From the IMG/VR virus record IMGVR_UViG_3300005080_000001, positions 68,519 through 132,518 of that record: a stretch of DNA of 64,000 nt, one strand, 5' to 3'. The DNA is from a virus. Lineage: Duplodnaviria > Caudoviricetes. Below the pieces are notes generated by a model. It made no database searches. It was not told where the DNA came from and saw nothing but the letters and a program-made list of their open reading frames with translations. The position numbers and the translations under genes are program-made. This document shows, piece by piece, positions 29,766-38,315 of the stretch; position 1 is the first letter of the stretch, and each line of letters starts with the position of its first letter.

Positions 29766-29942
29766 GTGGAAGAGAAAATAACAATTGAACTAGAAAGCAA
29801 GCTTGATCTAATGTTAATCCTTGGAGCGCTTGCAAAAGCACAACAAGTATACGGCATCGTAGATCCTAGATATGTAGACCTACGAAAAAGACTTAATCAG
29901 CAGGCAATAAAGCTTTCTCCAGAAATAGAAAACGTTGAGTAG
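29766..29942 (+). CDS. Small hypothetical protein (58 aa)
   Basis: GGTG RBS, GTG start, followed by hairpin. Confidence 0.5.
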   Translation: MEEKITIELESKLDLMLILGALAKAQQVYGIVDPRYVDLRKRLNQQAIKLSPEIENVE

Positions 29943-30019
29943 ATGGGGCTTTCCCATCTATTTCATTATATACCCGTTGAGGAGGTTTTAATGAAATTCA
30001 TTAGAACCGAGGGATAATA

Positions 30020-30592
30020 TTGAAAGATAAGTTTATAATACAATATGATGAGTTACCAGTTAGCGTAAACAACTATTTAAAGCCTGCTTCAAGGATTGTT
30101 GCAGGAAGACCTCTTGCATACTTATACGAGACAACAGAGGCAAAGGACTTTAAGAAACGGTTCGGTGCATACCTCAAACGAGAAGTTAAGAAGCAGGAAT
30201 GGGACAAGTCAATTACATCAGAAGGTCACTGGATTTTAGAGTGTATCTTTGTGCAAGCAAGAACGAATCAAGACAACAATAACTACTATAAGATACTATG
30301 CGACACTTTAACGGGGATCGTAATAGAAGACGATAAGAACATACTGGTTCAGACAAAAATGGTCATGTATGATGCTAAAAACCCTAGATTCATAGCAATC
30401 TTAAAGAAAGCACCGTACATAGGAATATTTAAAGACGATGCTAAATATAACGAATTCATTGAGCATAACTGTTTAAATTGCAAGAAGAACCAAGAGAAGT
30501 GTTCGATATTAAAGAAAGCAAGAGAAGGTAGAATACAAGAGGAAGTAGAATTAAATAGTAACCCAATAGTATGTCAGAAGAAGAAACCATAA
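30020..30592 (+). CDS. RusA-like Holliday junction resolvase
   Basis: PVSVNNY, DNNNYYKILCDTL, IEDDK. Confidence 0.72.
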   Translation: MKDKFIIQYDELPVSVNNYLKPASRIVAGRPLAYLYETTEAKDFKKRFGAYLKREVKKQEWDKSITSEGHWILECIFVQARTNQDNNNYYKILCDTLTGIVIEDDKNILVQTKMVMYDAKNPRFIAILKKAPYIGIFKDDAKYNEFIEHNCLNCKKNQEKCSILKKAREGRIQEEVELNSNPIVCQKKKP

Positions 30593-30614
30593 TCGCATGG
30601 TTTCTTCTTCTTTT
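30576..30614 (+). terminator. Intrinsic terminator
   Basis: AGAAGAAGAAACCAT/ATGGTTTCTTCTTCT stem plus T-run. Confidence 0.75.
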
Positions 30615-30677
30615 ATATTCCAGTTGACTTTATATTAATTCATTATTAATATAAATCCATGCATACCCAAAGGAGTT

Positions 30678-31631
30678 TTGACATTGGAAGATGTAGAGAG
30701 ATTGTTTAGAGAAGAGATACGTAATAAGAAGAGGGTTGGTAGTAATATCTTTTCTCGTGTATCAACTAGAAAAGGTGGAAGCAATCAAGCCTTAAGGACT
30801 CCATATCTTTATATGACACGCAAGGAACGTAAGAATCTGAACGGAGAGGTTAGGGTATATAATATGAGTGATATTATCTCTTATGATGAGTTTATAAATA
30901 AAAGCGAAAAAGAACAGCGTGAACTCTTGGTATTTTGGCGCAAGAATTTCAAAACAAAGGAAATAATTGAAGGTATGGGTGTTTCAAAAAATCCAATCTA
31001 CAAACTCTTAGATAAATACGATATTCCTAGAGTTGATGCTAGAGGCAGAGGAAGTAACAATATTGCGATATCACAGGATGAGATTGATCGTTATAAAAAC
31101 GAGATGATCCCATACGAGGAATTTAGAAAGCTAAATTCAGCCCAAAAAGATGAGTTACTTGAGGTATATCTTGATAGATACGTTGCTGTAGCTGAATTGT
31201 CACGAAATTGGACAGGATCTGATGTCGGCTACTTATATAGTATAAAAAACAGAATTGATAAGAAAAAGAAGAAGCTTGAGGCAATTGATGATAATGCTGT
31301 ACAGAATGAAGAGGTAAATGAAGAGGCAGTAATTACTTCACCAGATGAAACAGTAATTAATCCTGTCATTACAGACACAGAGTCTTCTTCAGCTGATAAA
31401 TACGACAATATAGATAATAAAATAGATGAAAAAAGTGATATTATAGATTCTAAAAATGTGACTGCAGATGGTCACGACTTGGACGTAGACATAAAGACAC
31501 AGTCATTCACATTCGATTTAAAGGGTAAATATAGCGCCAAGACAATAATTAAAAGGTTGCAACTTGCTCTTGATCTGCTTGAGGACGAGGACGAATTGCT
31601 GAACTTAGAGATTAAGATAACTAATCAATAA
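30678..31631 (+). CDS. Hypothetical protein with repeated helical (HTH-like) units and acidic linker
   Basis: Two I(S/P)Y(D/E)EF...Q-x-ELL repeats. Confidence 0.6.
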   Translation: MTLEDVERLFREEIRNKKRVGSNIFSRVSTRKGGSNQALRTPYLYMTRKERKNLNGEVRVYNMSDIISYDEFINKSEKEQRELLVFWRKNFKTKEIIEGMGVSKNPIYKLLDKYDIPRVDARGRGSNNIAISQDEIDRYKNEMIPYEEFRKLNSAQKDELLEVYLDRYVAVAELSRNWTGSDVGYLYSIKNRIDKKKKKLEAIDDNAVQNEEVNEEAVITSPDETVINPVITDTESSSADKYDNIDNKIDEKSDIIDSKNVTADGHDLDVDIKTQSFTFDLKGKYSAKTIIKRLQLALDLLEDEDELLNLEIKITNQ

Positions 31632-31859
31632 TAATCATGATAATATTGCGCCAATTACAAAGAATGTGATATATTAAAGCATACGTTAAAAAAGAAGCCG
31701 TGGGGCTTCTTTTTCGTTTTTCCATAAAATAACACATAGAGTGTATTGAGACGTTGTAGTATAATTAAGGAATTAGGGAGAAAAGTCTAACAACAGATAT
31801 TGCGATACTTGCTGATAACATAAAGAGATAATTTAACAAGTATTAAATTAGGAGGTAGT

Positions 31860-32084
31860 TTGGTGTTTGACATTATTGGGAATGGTGAAAAACACGACTT
31901 TAGTTACCCTATTAAACACCTAGAAGAAAGACTATCGTTTTTGCAAACTATAAAGTCTTCAGTGTTAACTTCTTCTAATGTAGGATATGGTTGGGACAAG
32001 TATCTTTACAAAATAGATGAAAAGATAGAACAGTATACAATAGCTATTGAAGTACTAAAGTCGCTTATGAAAGTAACTGGATAA
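31860..32084 (+). CDS. Hypothetical protein
   Basis: AGGAGG RBS; terminator follows near 32096-32122. Confidence 0.6.
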   Translation: MVFDIIGNGEKHDFSYPIKHLEERLSFLQTIKSSVLTSSNVGYGWDKYLYKIDEKIEQYTIAIEVLKSLMKVTG

Positions 32085-32297
32085 TGAGTTTGGGAAGGAG
32101 AGATTATTTCTCTCCTTTTTTTGCGTTTTCTTCTATTATATAAACATTGTAATATTTATAAACTTTCAGAATTTATTTTCTCAAAAAGTATTTACAAAGT
32201 AATTACAATGTAATAACATAATAACCGTGATAGTAATCACTAAGTAATTACTGTGTGACTACTATAAAAAACATATAGGCAAAGGAGATTGATTTGG

Positions 32298-33206
32298 ATG
32301 TCATTATTTTCATCAGCAATTTTTAAGGGAGTTCTAGCAGGGGGAGTAGTTACATTAGGAGGTTTGGGATTACTATTTAATGGTACTGGCACTCTTCAAC
32401 ATGCTACAGATACGGCTAAAGATTTCTCTCATCGTTTAGTACAGTTCTCAGACAATGAGCATAAATTAATTAGCAAAATCGACACTTTAAAAGTTGATGC
32501 TAACGGCAAAATCACAACTGCTAACGGTGTAATTGTAGATCAAAAGCAAGCTATCACTGACTTAGTAGCTAAAAAAGCTGAATTAGAAGCATCTATCGAT
32601 AAACTTAATGAGCAGGTTACAGGTCTACAATCTGACTTAGAAAACTCTAAAAAAGAGTTAGCTTCAACTAAGGAAGCATTGGCTGAAGCTAATAAACAAA
32701 TAGAAAACAACAACAAAGAGTTAGAAAAAGTAAACAAAGAACTTGAAGCAACTAAACAATCATTAGAAGAAACTAAGACAGCACTCGCTCAAAAATCAGA
32801 AGATTACGACAACAAAGTTGCTGAATTAGAAAAAGCTAAACAAGAACAAGAAGCAATCAAGAAAGACCTTGAAGCAAGTCAGAAGGAACTTGAAGCTACT
32901 AAGAACAAACTAGAAGCAACTGTAGCAGAACTTGATAAAAAGACTGAAGACTACAACAAAAAAGTAGCAGAACTAAACAAAGCTAACGACAAAATCAAAT
33001 CTCTAAATGCGATCATTGCTGAAGCAACTGTAAAAGCAAAACAAGGCGATGCTCTTGTAAGCGAATTAGAAGGTCAAGTTAAGAAAGCAAATGCTGAAGT
33101 TGCAGAACATGGTAAAGCAGTGGAAGCTGAGAAAGAAAAAGCTAAAGATGCTCAACCATCTGACGTAGATTCAATCGACACAACTCTAGTGGACGTACAG
33201 AAGTAA
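32298..33206 (+). CDS. N-terminally membrane-anchored or exported long coiled-coil protein
   Basis: Hydrophobic N-terminus, heptad K/E/A-rich body with internal duplication. Confidence 0.75.
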   Translation: MSLFSSAIFKGVLAGGVVTLGGLGLLFNGTGTLQHATDTAKDFSHRLVQFSDNEHKLISKIDTLKVDANGKITTANGVIVDQKQAITDLVAKKAELEASIDKLNEQVTGLQSDLENSKKELASTKEALAEANKQIENNNKELEKVNKELEATKQSLEETKTALAQKSEDYDNKVAELEKAKQEQEAIKKDLEASQKELEATKNKLEATVAELDKKTEDYNKKVAELNKANDKIKSLNAIIAEATVKAKQGDALVSELEGQVKKANAEVAEHGKAVEAEKEKAKDAQPSDVDSIDTTLVDVQK

Positions 33207-33283
33207 TTGCAACTTGTGATATAATGAAGGATAGAGTGGATTTATTCCACTCTATTTCTTTATTAAGGGAGTGCGAGTTTATT

Positions 33284-33508
33284 ATGGAAGTTAAACGTAA
33301 ATTAAGAAGGGTCGGGAATGCGATGGGAGGAGTTACGCTTCCACAGGAAATGATGAAAAGTATGAACCTTACTGAAGGTGACTATGTTTACATAAGTTAT
33401 GAAAATGACACAATTGTTATAAGAAGTCAACCTAAACAGGATCAACATGAAGATGACATATTTCGGCAGAAAGTAATTTCAATAATAGATGAATATATGA
33501 AAAAGTAA
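33284..33508 (+). CDS. AbrB/MazE/SpoVT-family DNA-binding protein
   Basis: RKLRRVGNAMGGVTLPQEMMKSMNLTEGDYV. Confidence 0.85.
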   Translation: MEVKRKLRRVGNAMGGVTLPQEMMKSMNLTEGDYVYISYENDTIVIRSQPKQDQHEDDIFRQKVISIIDEYMKK

Positions 33509-33729
33509 TGAAGTCATTCAATGTGACTTCTTTTTTTTACTTTCTGTCTCAAAAACCAAGATTACTTTTTCTAATGAGATACGAGACTTAAAATGAGGTC
33601 ATTTATAAATATCCATATTATCTCATAAATATAAGTAGTCTTAACTTTATGAGATGGAAATTATTTACTTTTTACAACTACCTATAATAAAGGTTATGTA
33701 AACTAACTAAAAGTAAGTGGGTAAATAAA

Positions 33730-33870
33730 GTAAAAGCCTCCTGTATGAACAGAAAGGCTTTTTTACACTATACACTTTTTATAAGTGATTTGATTTTATG
33801 AATTTATGAAGTGTCATGTTATACCCCTACAACATGAACCTAATCAGAGCGTCCTCTGATGAATCGATTC
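33730..33870 (-). ncRNA. Candidate small RNA / mini-ORF transcript
   Basis: TTGTAC-17-TATAAT promoter (33905-33877), two hairpins, terminator 33732-33762. Confidence 0.45.
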
Positions 33871-33987
33871 CCAAACATTATATCATTTATTGAAGAAGTG
33901 TACAATCCCCTATTTATTGTATTTATTTACCAATAGACAACTTGATATCTCTTGCAATAATCAGAATAAGCATGTTACAATTGACAT

Positions 33988-34130
33988 ATAATAAAAAAGA
34001 ACTCGATGCGCTAACATCGAGTCTTCTTACAACTAGTCACAGCAGAGTGGTTAGTTACCTAATTCACTTATTTGGAATCAGAAGAAGAACCATCATCAGC
34101 TTGGGAGGCATAGTGGTTCTTTTTCTTTTC
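33988..34130 (+). ncRNA. Candidate type I antitoxin antisense RNA
   Basis: TTGCAA-18-TACAAT promoter; ACTCGATG-CGCTAA-CATCGAGT hairpin; terminator inside the opposite-strand peptide gene. Confidence 0.6.
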
Positions 34131-34211
34131 CTGTTTTTCTAGGAACTTCACGGTGAAAAATTGCGTTACACCTTTAGTAATTCCTTCGATAATCCAGTTC
34201 AAGAATTCCAT
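34068..34211 (-). CDS. 47-aa type I toxin-like peptide
   Basis: AAAGGAGGTG RBS; MEFLNWIIEGITKGVTQFFTVKFLEKQEKKKNHYASQADDGSSSDSK; convergent antisense overlap. Confidence 0.65.
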   Translation of the reverse strand: MEFLNWIIEGITKGVTQFFTVKFLEKQEKKKNHYASQADDGSSSDSK

Positions 34212-34430
34212 AGCGGACACCTCCTTTCTCTTATGCGATCATGAGAAAAGGTAGGCAATCCTTCCACCCTGCCAAAAATAGTTGTTAATTAAATTATACC
34301 ATAATATGCTAAGACGTACTATATATTCCCACATGCAATGATATGTAATTATATGGTACAATAAATATAAGTTTCGTCATTTTAGCTACATCATTTAAGG
34401 TGTCCTTTCGAGTCAAGGATGCCTCTTTTT

Positions 34431-34454
34431 ATTTTACAGAATATTCTGAATGAT
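34431..34454 (+). promoter_or_regulatory. Possible tandem overlapping CodY boxes upstream of rap
   Basis: ATTTTACAGAATATT and AATATTCTGAATGAT (3 and 4 mismatches to AATTTTCWGAAAATT), 6-bp overlap. Confidence 0.35.
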
Positions 34455-34545
34455 ATTGAAAAATCTAATCATTACCTCCCCTCTCCATCGTCATACTATA
34501 TAATAGGAAGAAACACAACATATATATATGGATGAGGAGGATACT

Positions 34546-35640
34546 ATGAACGTTCCAGTCAAAGGAAACGAGAAGATTACGCAGTTGTTAAATGAATGGT
34601 ATATTGAGATTCGTGCTAGACGAATTGATCAAGCGCACAGACTAAAAGAAGAGATTGATAATAAGATTGATAATATAGAAAAAGACCAGACTCTACTATT
34701 ATACTACTCTCTCTTAGACTTTAGATTCCAGTATATTGTAGACAATCTAGGAGTCTCTGCAAATAGCTTTGATAAAGTTGAAGAATTTGAAATTCCAACA
34801 AACAACTTTTTAACTTATTACTACCACTTCTTTAAGGCTATTCACGCTTCTGGCATTGGTAACTACATGATAGCAAAAGAACACTTTGACAAGGCTGAAT
34901 CTCTTCTTGAATTAGTCCCAGATGAGATTGAAAAAGCTGAGTTCTACTACAAATTAGGCGCTTTCCACTATGACATCTACGAATCACTCCAATCAATTAA
35001 GTATGTTGAAAAAGCAAAAGAAATCTTTGAACAACATGAAAATTATGAGCGAAATATAGGTTTCTGTGAGAACCTTCTTGGAACTGCTTGTACAAAGCTA
35101 AGAGAGTGGGCTTTGTCAGAAGAACATCTCATTAAAGCCATGGATATTTTCAGTAAGCTTGGCGAAGAAAAGTACGTCCTAATGGTTAGACATAACTTAG
35201 GATATATGTACTCTAGTCAAAACTTATCCCCATTAGCAATCAGATATTTATCAGAAGTAACTACTCACAATCCTAGACATCATAAAGCTTTATTCTTGCA
35301 GGCTAGAGAGCATTACAAATTAGATGAACTCGATATCGCAAAAGATTTAGCCGACAAAGGATACAGCATCTGTGTTGAATTAGGAAATAGCGAATACAAG
35401 CATCTGTTTGCAATCTTAAGGTCACTTATCTCAAATGTCTCTGGAGATGACTTGGAGAAGACTGCTCTTGAAGGAATATCTTACTTTGAAAGCGAATCAC
35501 TATATGAGTACATAGAAGAGAGCCAAGAATATATGGCTGTAAAGTTCTATGAAGAAGGTAACCATACTAAGTCTAGTGAGTACTTCTACCTGTCTTCAAA
35601 AACGAGACAAAAAATAAAGGAGAGGGAGTCTTTAAAATGA
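34546..35640 (+). CDS. rap: Rap family TPR response-regulator aspartate phosphatase
   Basis: LLNEWY, DQTLLLYYSLLDFR, YYYHFFK, EKAEFYY, HNLG TPRs; catalytic Gln retained. Confidence 0.93.
   Translation: MNVPVKGNEKITQLLNEWYIEIRARRIDQAHRLKEEIDNKIDNIEKDQTLLLYYSLLDFRFQYIVDNLGVSANSFDKVEEFEIPTNNFLTYYYHFFKAIHASGIGNYMIAKEHFDKAESLLELVPDEIEKAEFYYKLGAFHYDIYESLQSIKYVEKAKEIFEQHENYERNIGFCENLLGTACTKLREWALSEEHLIKAMDIFSKLGEEKYVLMVRHNLGYMYSSQNLSPLAIRYLSEVTTHNPRHHKALFLQAREHYKLDELDIAKDLADKGYSICVELGNSEYKHLFAILRSLISNVSGDDLEKTALEGISYFESESLYEYIEESQEYMAVKFYEEGNHTKSSEYFYLSSKTRQKIKERESLK
35470..35497 (+). promoter_or_regulatory. Internal sigmaH promoter for phr
   Basis: GAAGGAATA-N12-AGCGAAT inside the 3' end of rap, the usual position for phr promoters. 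Confidence 0.7.
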
Positions 35641-35771
35641 AAAAAATAGCATTGGGCTTAATGGGCATTTTAACCGCTTTGACTTTAATTACAGGCATTC
35701 AGTCTAGTAGCGATCGTGAGCCTGTCTCACCTACTATTATGATGATGGAACATGGAGATCATGGCGGTTGA
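35637..35771 (+). CDS. phr: Phr signalling pro-peptide (44 aa)
   Basis: ATGA overlap with rap; MKK + hydrophobic signal peptide; C-terminus MMMEHGDHGG. Confidence 0.9.
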   Translation: MKKIALGLMGILTALTLITGIQSSSDREPVSPTIMMMEHGDHGG

Positions 35772-35814
35772 TAACATGTTTGACTTTTAAAAAAGACTAA
35801 TTTAAAATGGAATA

Positions 35815-36000
35815 GAATCCATTGGGTCACCTTCTTTCTTTCAGAGAAAGGAAGATACAACCTGCTGAAGAGATGCGCTAACATCTCTTTGGTAAACCGC
35901 CTTTTCGCTTGCCAGCATTTGGGGCGGTATTGGTTATGTCATTTATTTTTTTACGAAACCCACCCTTTTTGCTTTAGACGGCTATCAAGGGTGGGTTTTC
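35815..36000 (+). ncRNA. Candidate antitoxin-like small RNA without an intact toxin partner
   Basis: TTGACT-17-TAAAAT promoter; AAGAGATG-CGCTAA-CATCTCTT hairpin with same loop as at 34001; terminal AAACCCACCCTT/AAGGGTGGGTTT stem. Confidence 0.55.
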
Positions 36001-36024
36001 CTATGCGTATCGTCTCGTGAATTT

Positions 36025-36522
36025 TCAGACCCTATTTTTTGAAATGTACTTTACTAGGTCGTAAAGTTGGTTTGGTGTTAAGTCAATTCCATGACGATAT
36101 GTTTCATTAATTCCTAAATCTCTTAAAATACCTGCCTCTTCAAGAACAACATATATAAGTTCTGAACATATCAAGTTCTTAGGATTATTTAAAAAGTTGT
36201 TTCCGTTTAAATGAAATATCTTTTTCAAACCATACCATATCGTCTGAATGTAATCGTACCTAGTGCCAATGTATTTTAACGATCTATTGTATACTGCTAA
36301 CCGTTGCTCATCTGTTAATCCTAAGTCAATTACTTCTACGTAATCATACTCGCTGTTATCAAAATCTCTAATAGCAACCTTTATATTTATGTTCGCTTCT
36401 ATAACTTTATCTTCACTTACTGCGATGGCACAGTGGCTAAATTTCCCATTGTTATCAAAATATCTAACAATATTTGATATAATCCCCTTACCCTGTACGA
36501 ATACGATGTCTCCACGTTTCAT
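36025..36522 (-). CDS. Permuted papain-like NlpC/P60 (YiiX/YebB-like) protein
   Basis: RGDIVF, FSHCAI, GTRYDY, LICSEL. Confidence 0.82.
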   Translation of the reverse strand: MKRGDIVFVQGKGIISNIVRYFDNNGKFSHCAIAVSEDKVIEANINIKVAIRDFDNSEYDYVEVIDLGLTDEQRLAVYNRSLKYIGTRYDYIQTIWYGLKKIFHLNGNNFLNNPKNLICSELIYVVLEEAGILRDLGINETYRHGIDLTPNQLYDLVKYISKNRV

Positions 36523-36587
36523 AGGCTATTGCCCTTTCTTATATAATTTTTATACAACAAAAGGAGGCTTATGCCCCCTTTTAATTA

Positions 36588-37568
36588 TTACTGATAGTAC
36601 TTAACGAATTCTGCAGAGATGTACTGATTTGCACCAACTGCAAAGAACCCACCTGTATATCCAAAGATTTTGAAGGTTTGGTCTTGAGTAACCTTTCCAA
36701 CAACTGGAGCGTTAACACTTGGTGACTGACGAACGTTTAATACATCTGCTGTCACCTTTACGTATCCAACGAATTCAAGGAATTGACCAGAAACCCACTG
36801 TTTTCCACCAACGTTGTACCATCCGTTTGCTTCACCAAATGTTTGGTACGGCTCGTCCTTGTGGACTTGCTTCACAATAGGATAATTAGCGCCTGCGCCA
36901 GTACGAACGTTTAATACATCTGCTGTTACCTTTGCTACTGCGATATTAAATCCTACTGGTTGTTCCATATATGGTTGATCTGGAGCGATAGGTTGAGGTT
37001 GAGAAGCACCAGTAAACCACTCTAATGTTTTAGATCCGTTTAACACGTCAAGGTCAACGTCACCAACGACTCCTGCTAGAGTTCCAGTTTCTGTAGTTTG
37101 CCATAAGTCACAAGGATATGCAGGTTTTGCACCGTAACGAGGAATCCAAACGAAATCAGCGCTAATTTGTGCTGCTCCAAAATCTTCGTATGTGTGGTGA
37201 CCTACATACAATCCTACTTTCTTAGCACCAAGTCTACGTAACTCGTCAATAAATGCTTGAGTTCCTGCTCTCATATCACCCATTGTTTGTACTTCTACGT
37301 CTGCAACCCAGAATAAAGAGTCTTTGTCACTACGATTCCAGAAGTCTCGTGCTTCTACTTTTGCATCTTCAATAGATACGAATCGGCAGAACGCATAGCT
37401 ACCAAATGGAACGCCATAGTTCTTACAACCTTGAACATATTCTTTGTATCGAGTATCAATAGTTGTAGAACCATCCTGTACTCGTAGAATAGCTAAGTCT
37501 AATTCTTTACTTGCTTGTGACCAGTTAATAGTTTCGTTGTGATGAGATAAGTCTGCGATTTTACCCAA
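36588..37568 (-). CDS. Endolysin: GH25 muramidase (PlyB-like) with two SH3b domains
   Basis: [27 protein letters not shown]; two VTADVLNVR repeats. Confidence 0.93.
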   Translation of the reverse strand: MGKIADLSHHNETINWSQASKELDLAILRVQDGSTTIDTRYKEYVQGCKNYGVPFGSYAFCRFVSIEDAKVEARDFWNRSDKDSLFWVADVEVQTMGDMRAGTQAFIDELRRLGAKKVGLYVGHHTYEDFGAAQISADFVWIPRYGAKPAYPCDLWQTTETGTLAGVVGDVDLDVLNGSKTLEWFTGASQPQPIAPDQPYMEQPVGFNIAVAKVTADVLNVRTGAGANYPIVKQVHKDEPYQTFGEANGWYNVGGKQWVSGQFLEFVGYVKVTADVLNVRQSPSVNAPVVGKVTQDQTFKIFGYTGGFFAVGANQYISAEFVKYYQ

Positions 37569-37671
37569 TATAATCACCTTTTCTGTTTTATTTGTTTTGT
37601 TTTATATATAATAGGAAGAAACTTGGTTTCTCCCTATCTGAAACCATAGATTAAATTGCAATACTTTTGCT

Positions 37672-38304
37672 TTATTTTTCGTAAGTTATTTTCAATTTTG
37701 GAGCATTGTCACCGTCATTAGCACCACTAAATATACCGTAATACTGCATATCTGTTGTCCAAGCGAACATCGACACTCCCTTGTAAGAACCATCACGAAT
37801 ACCTTCTGCAAAGTTATTTGGCATAGTAATCCATTTTGACTGACCTCTGTAATCAAAGCCTTCTTTAACTGCACCGTATACAACATTTCCAGTATTCGTA
37901 TTTGGTCTATAAGAGTTGTTGTGGTATCCAAGAAGTGCTAGTCCACCTGCATAGTAGTACCAATGCTCATTGTGAAGGAATAGTTCCACACTCTTGATTT
38001 TTGCACCTGCTAATTCAGACTGGATATCTCCAAATCCGATGAATGAACACATGATACCCCAAGGTTCTATTACATATCGACCTTGACAAATTTTTTCTGA
38101 ACGATAGTCGGTACGCTTTGTACCTGCTTCTCTATACGTTTGAGTCCATGTGGCAGTCCATGTTTTCGTGTATGTTTGAGATGCAACAGGAGTCCATATG
38201 CCATTTCTTTTTGCATATGCCTCTCCTTTTACCCATACACCGTTTCTTTTTGTGTAGAGTTCTGCATCAACCCACTGCCCATTTCTCTTTGTTTTAATAT
38301 CCAT
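37672..38304 (-). CDS. Putative minor tail protein
   Basis: N-terminal KRNG-x-W repeats, C-terminal PKLKITY; tail module. Confidence 0.6.
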   Translation of the reverse strand: MDIKTKRNGQWVDAELYTKRNGVWVKGEAYAKRNGIWTPVASQTYTKTWTATWTQTYREAGTKRTDYRSEKICQGRYVIEPWGIMCSFIGFGDIQSELAGAKIKSVELFLHNEHWYYYAGGLALLGYHNNSYRPNTNTGNVVYGAVKEGFDYRGQSKWITMPNNFAEGIRDGSYKGVSMFAWTTDMQYYGIFSGANDGDNAPKLKITYEK

Positions 38305-38315
38305 CTCTACACTCC

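Noticed and set aside
31646-31714. Promoter-like sequence immediately followed by a terminator
   Set aside because: Weak match (TTGCGC-18-TATATT); the hairpin is explained as the terminator of the upstream gene.
33942-34142. 66-aa + strand ORF from the track
   Set aside because: No RBS; it overlaps a promoter, hairpins and a terminator and lies opposite a well-signalled peptide gene, so it is better read as antisense RNA.
34546-35771. Arbitrium AimR-AimP
   Set aside because: The receptor has the Rap N-terminal signature (LLNEWY, DQxLLLYYSL) rather than an HTH, and the peptide and internal sigmaH promoter are Phr-like.
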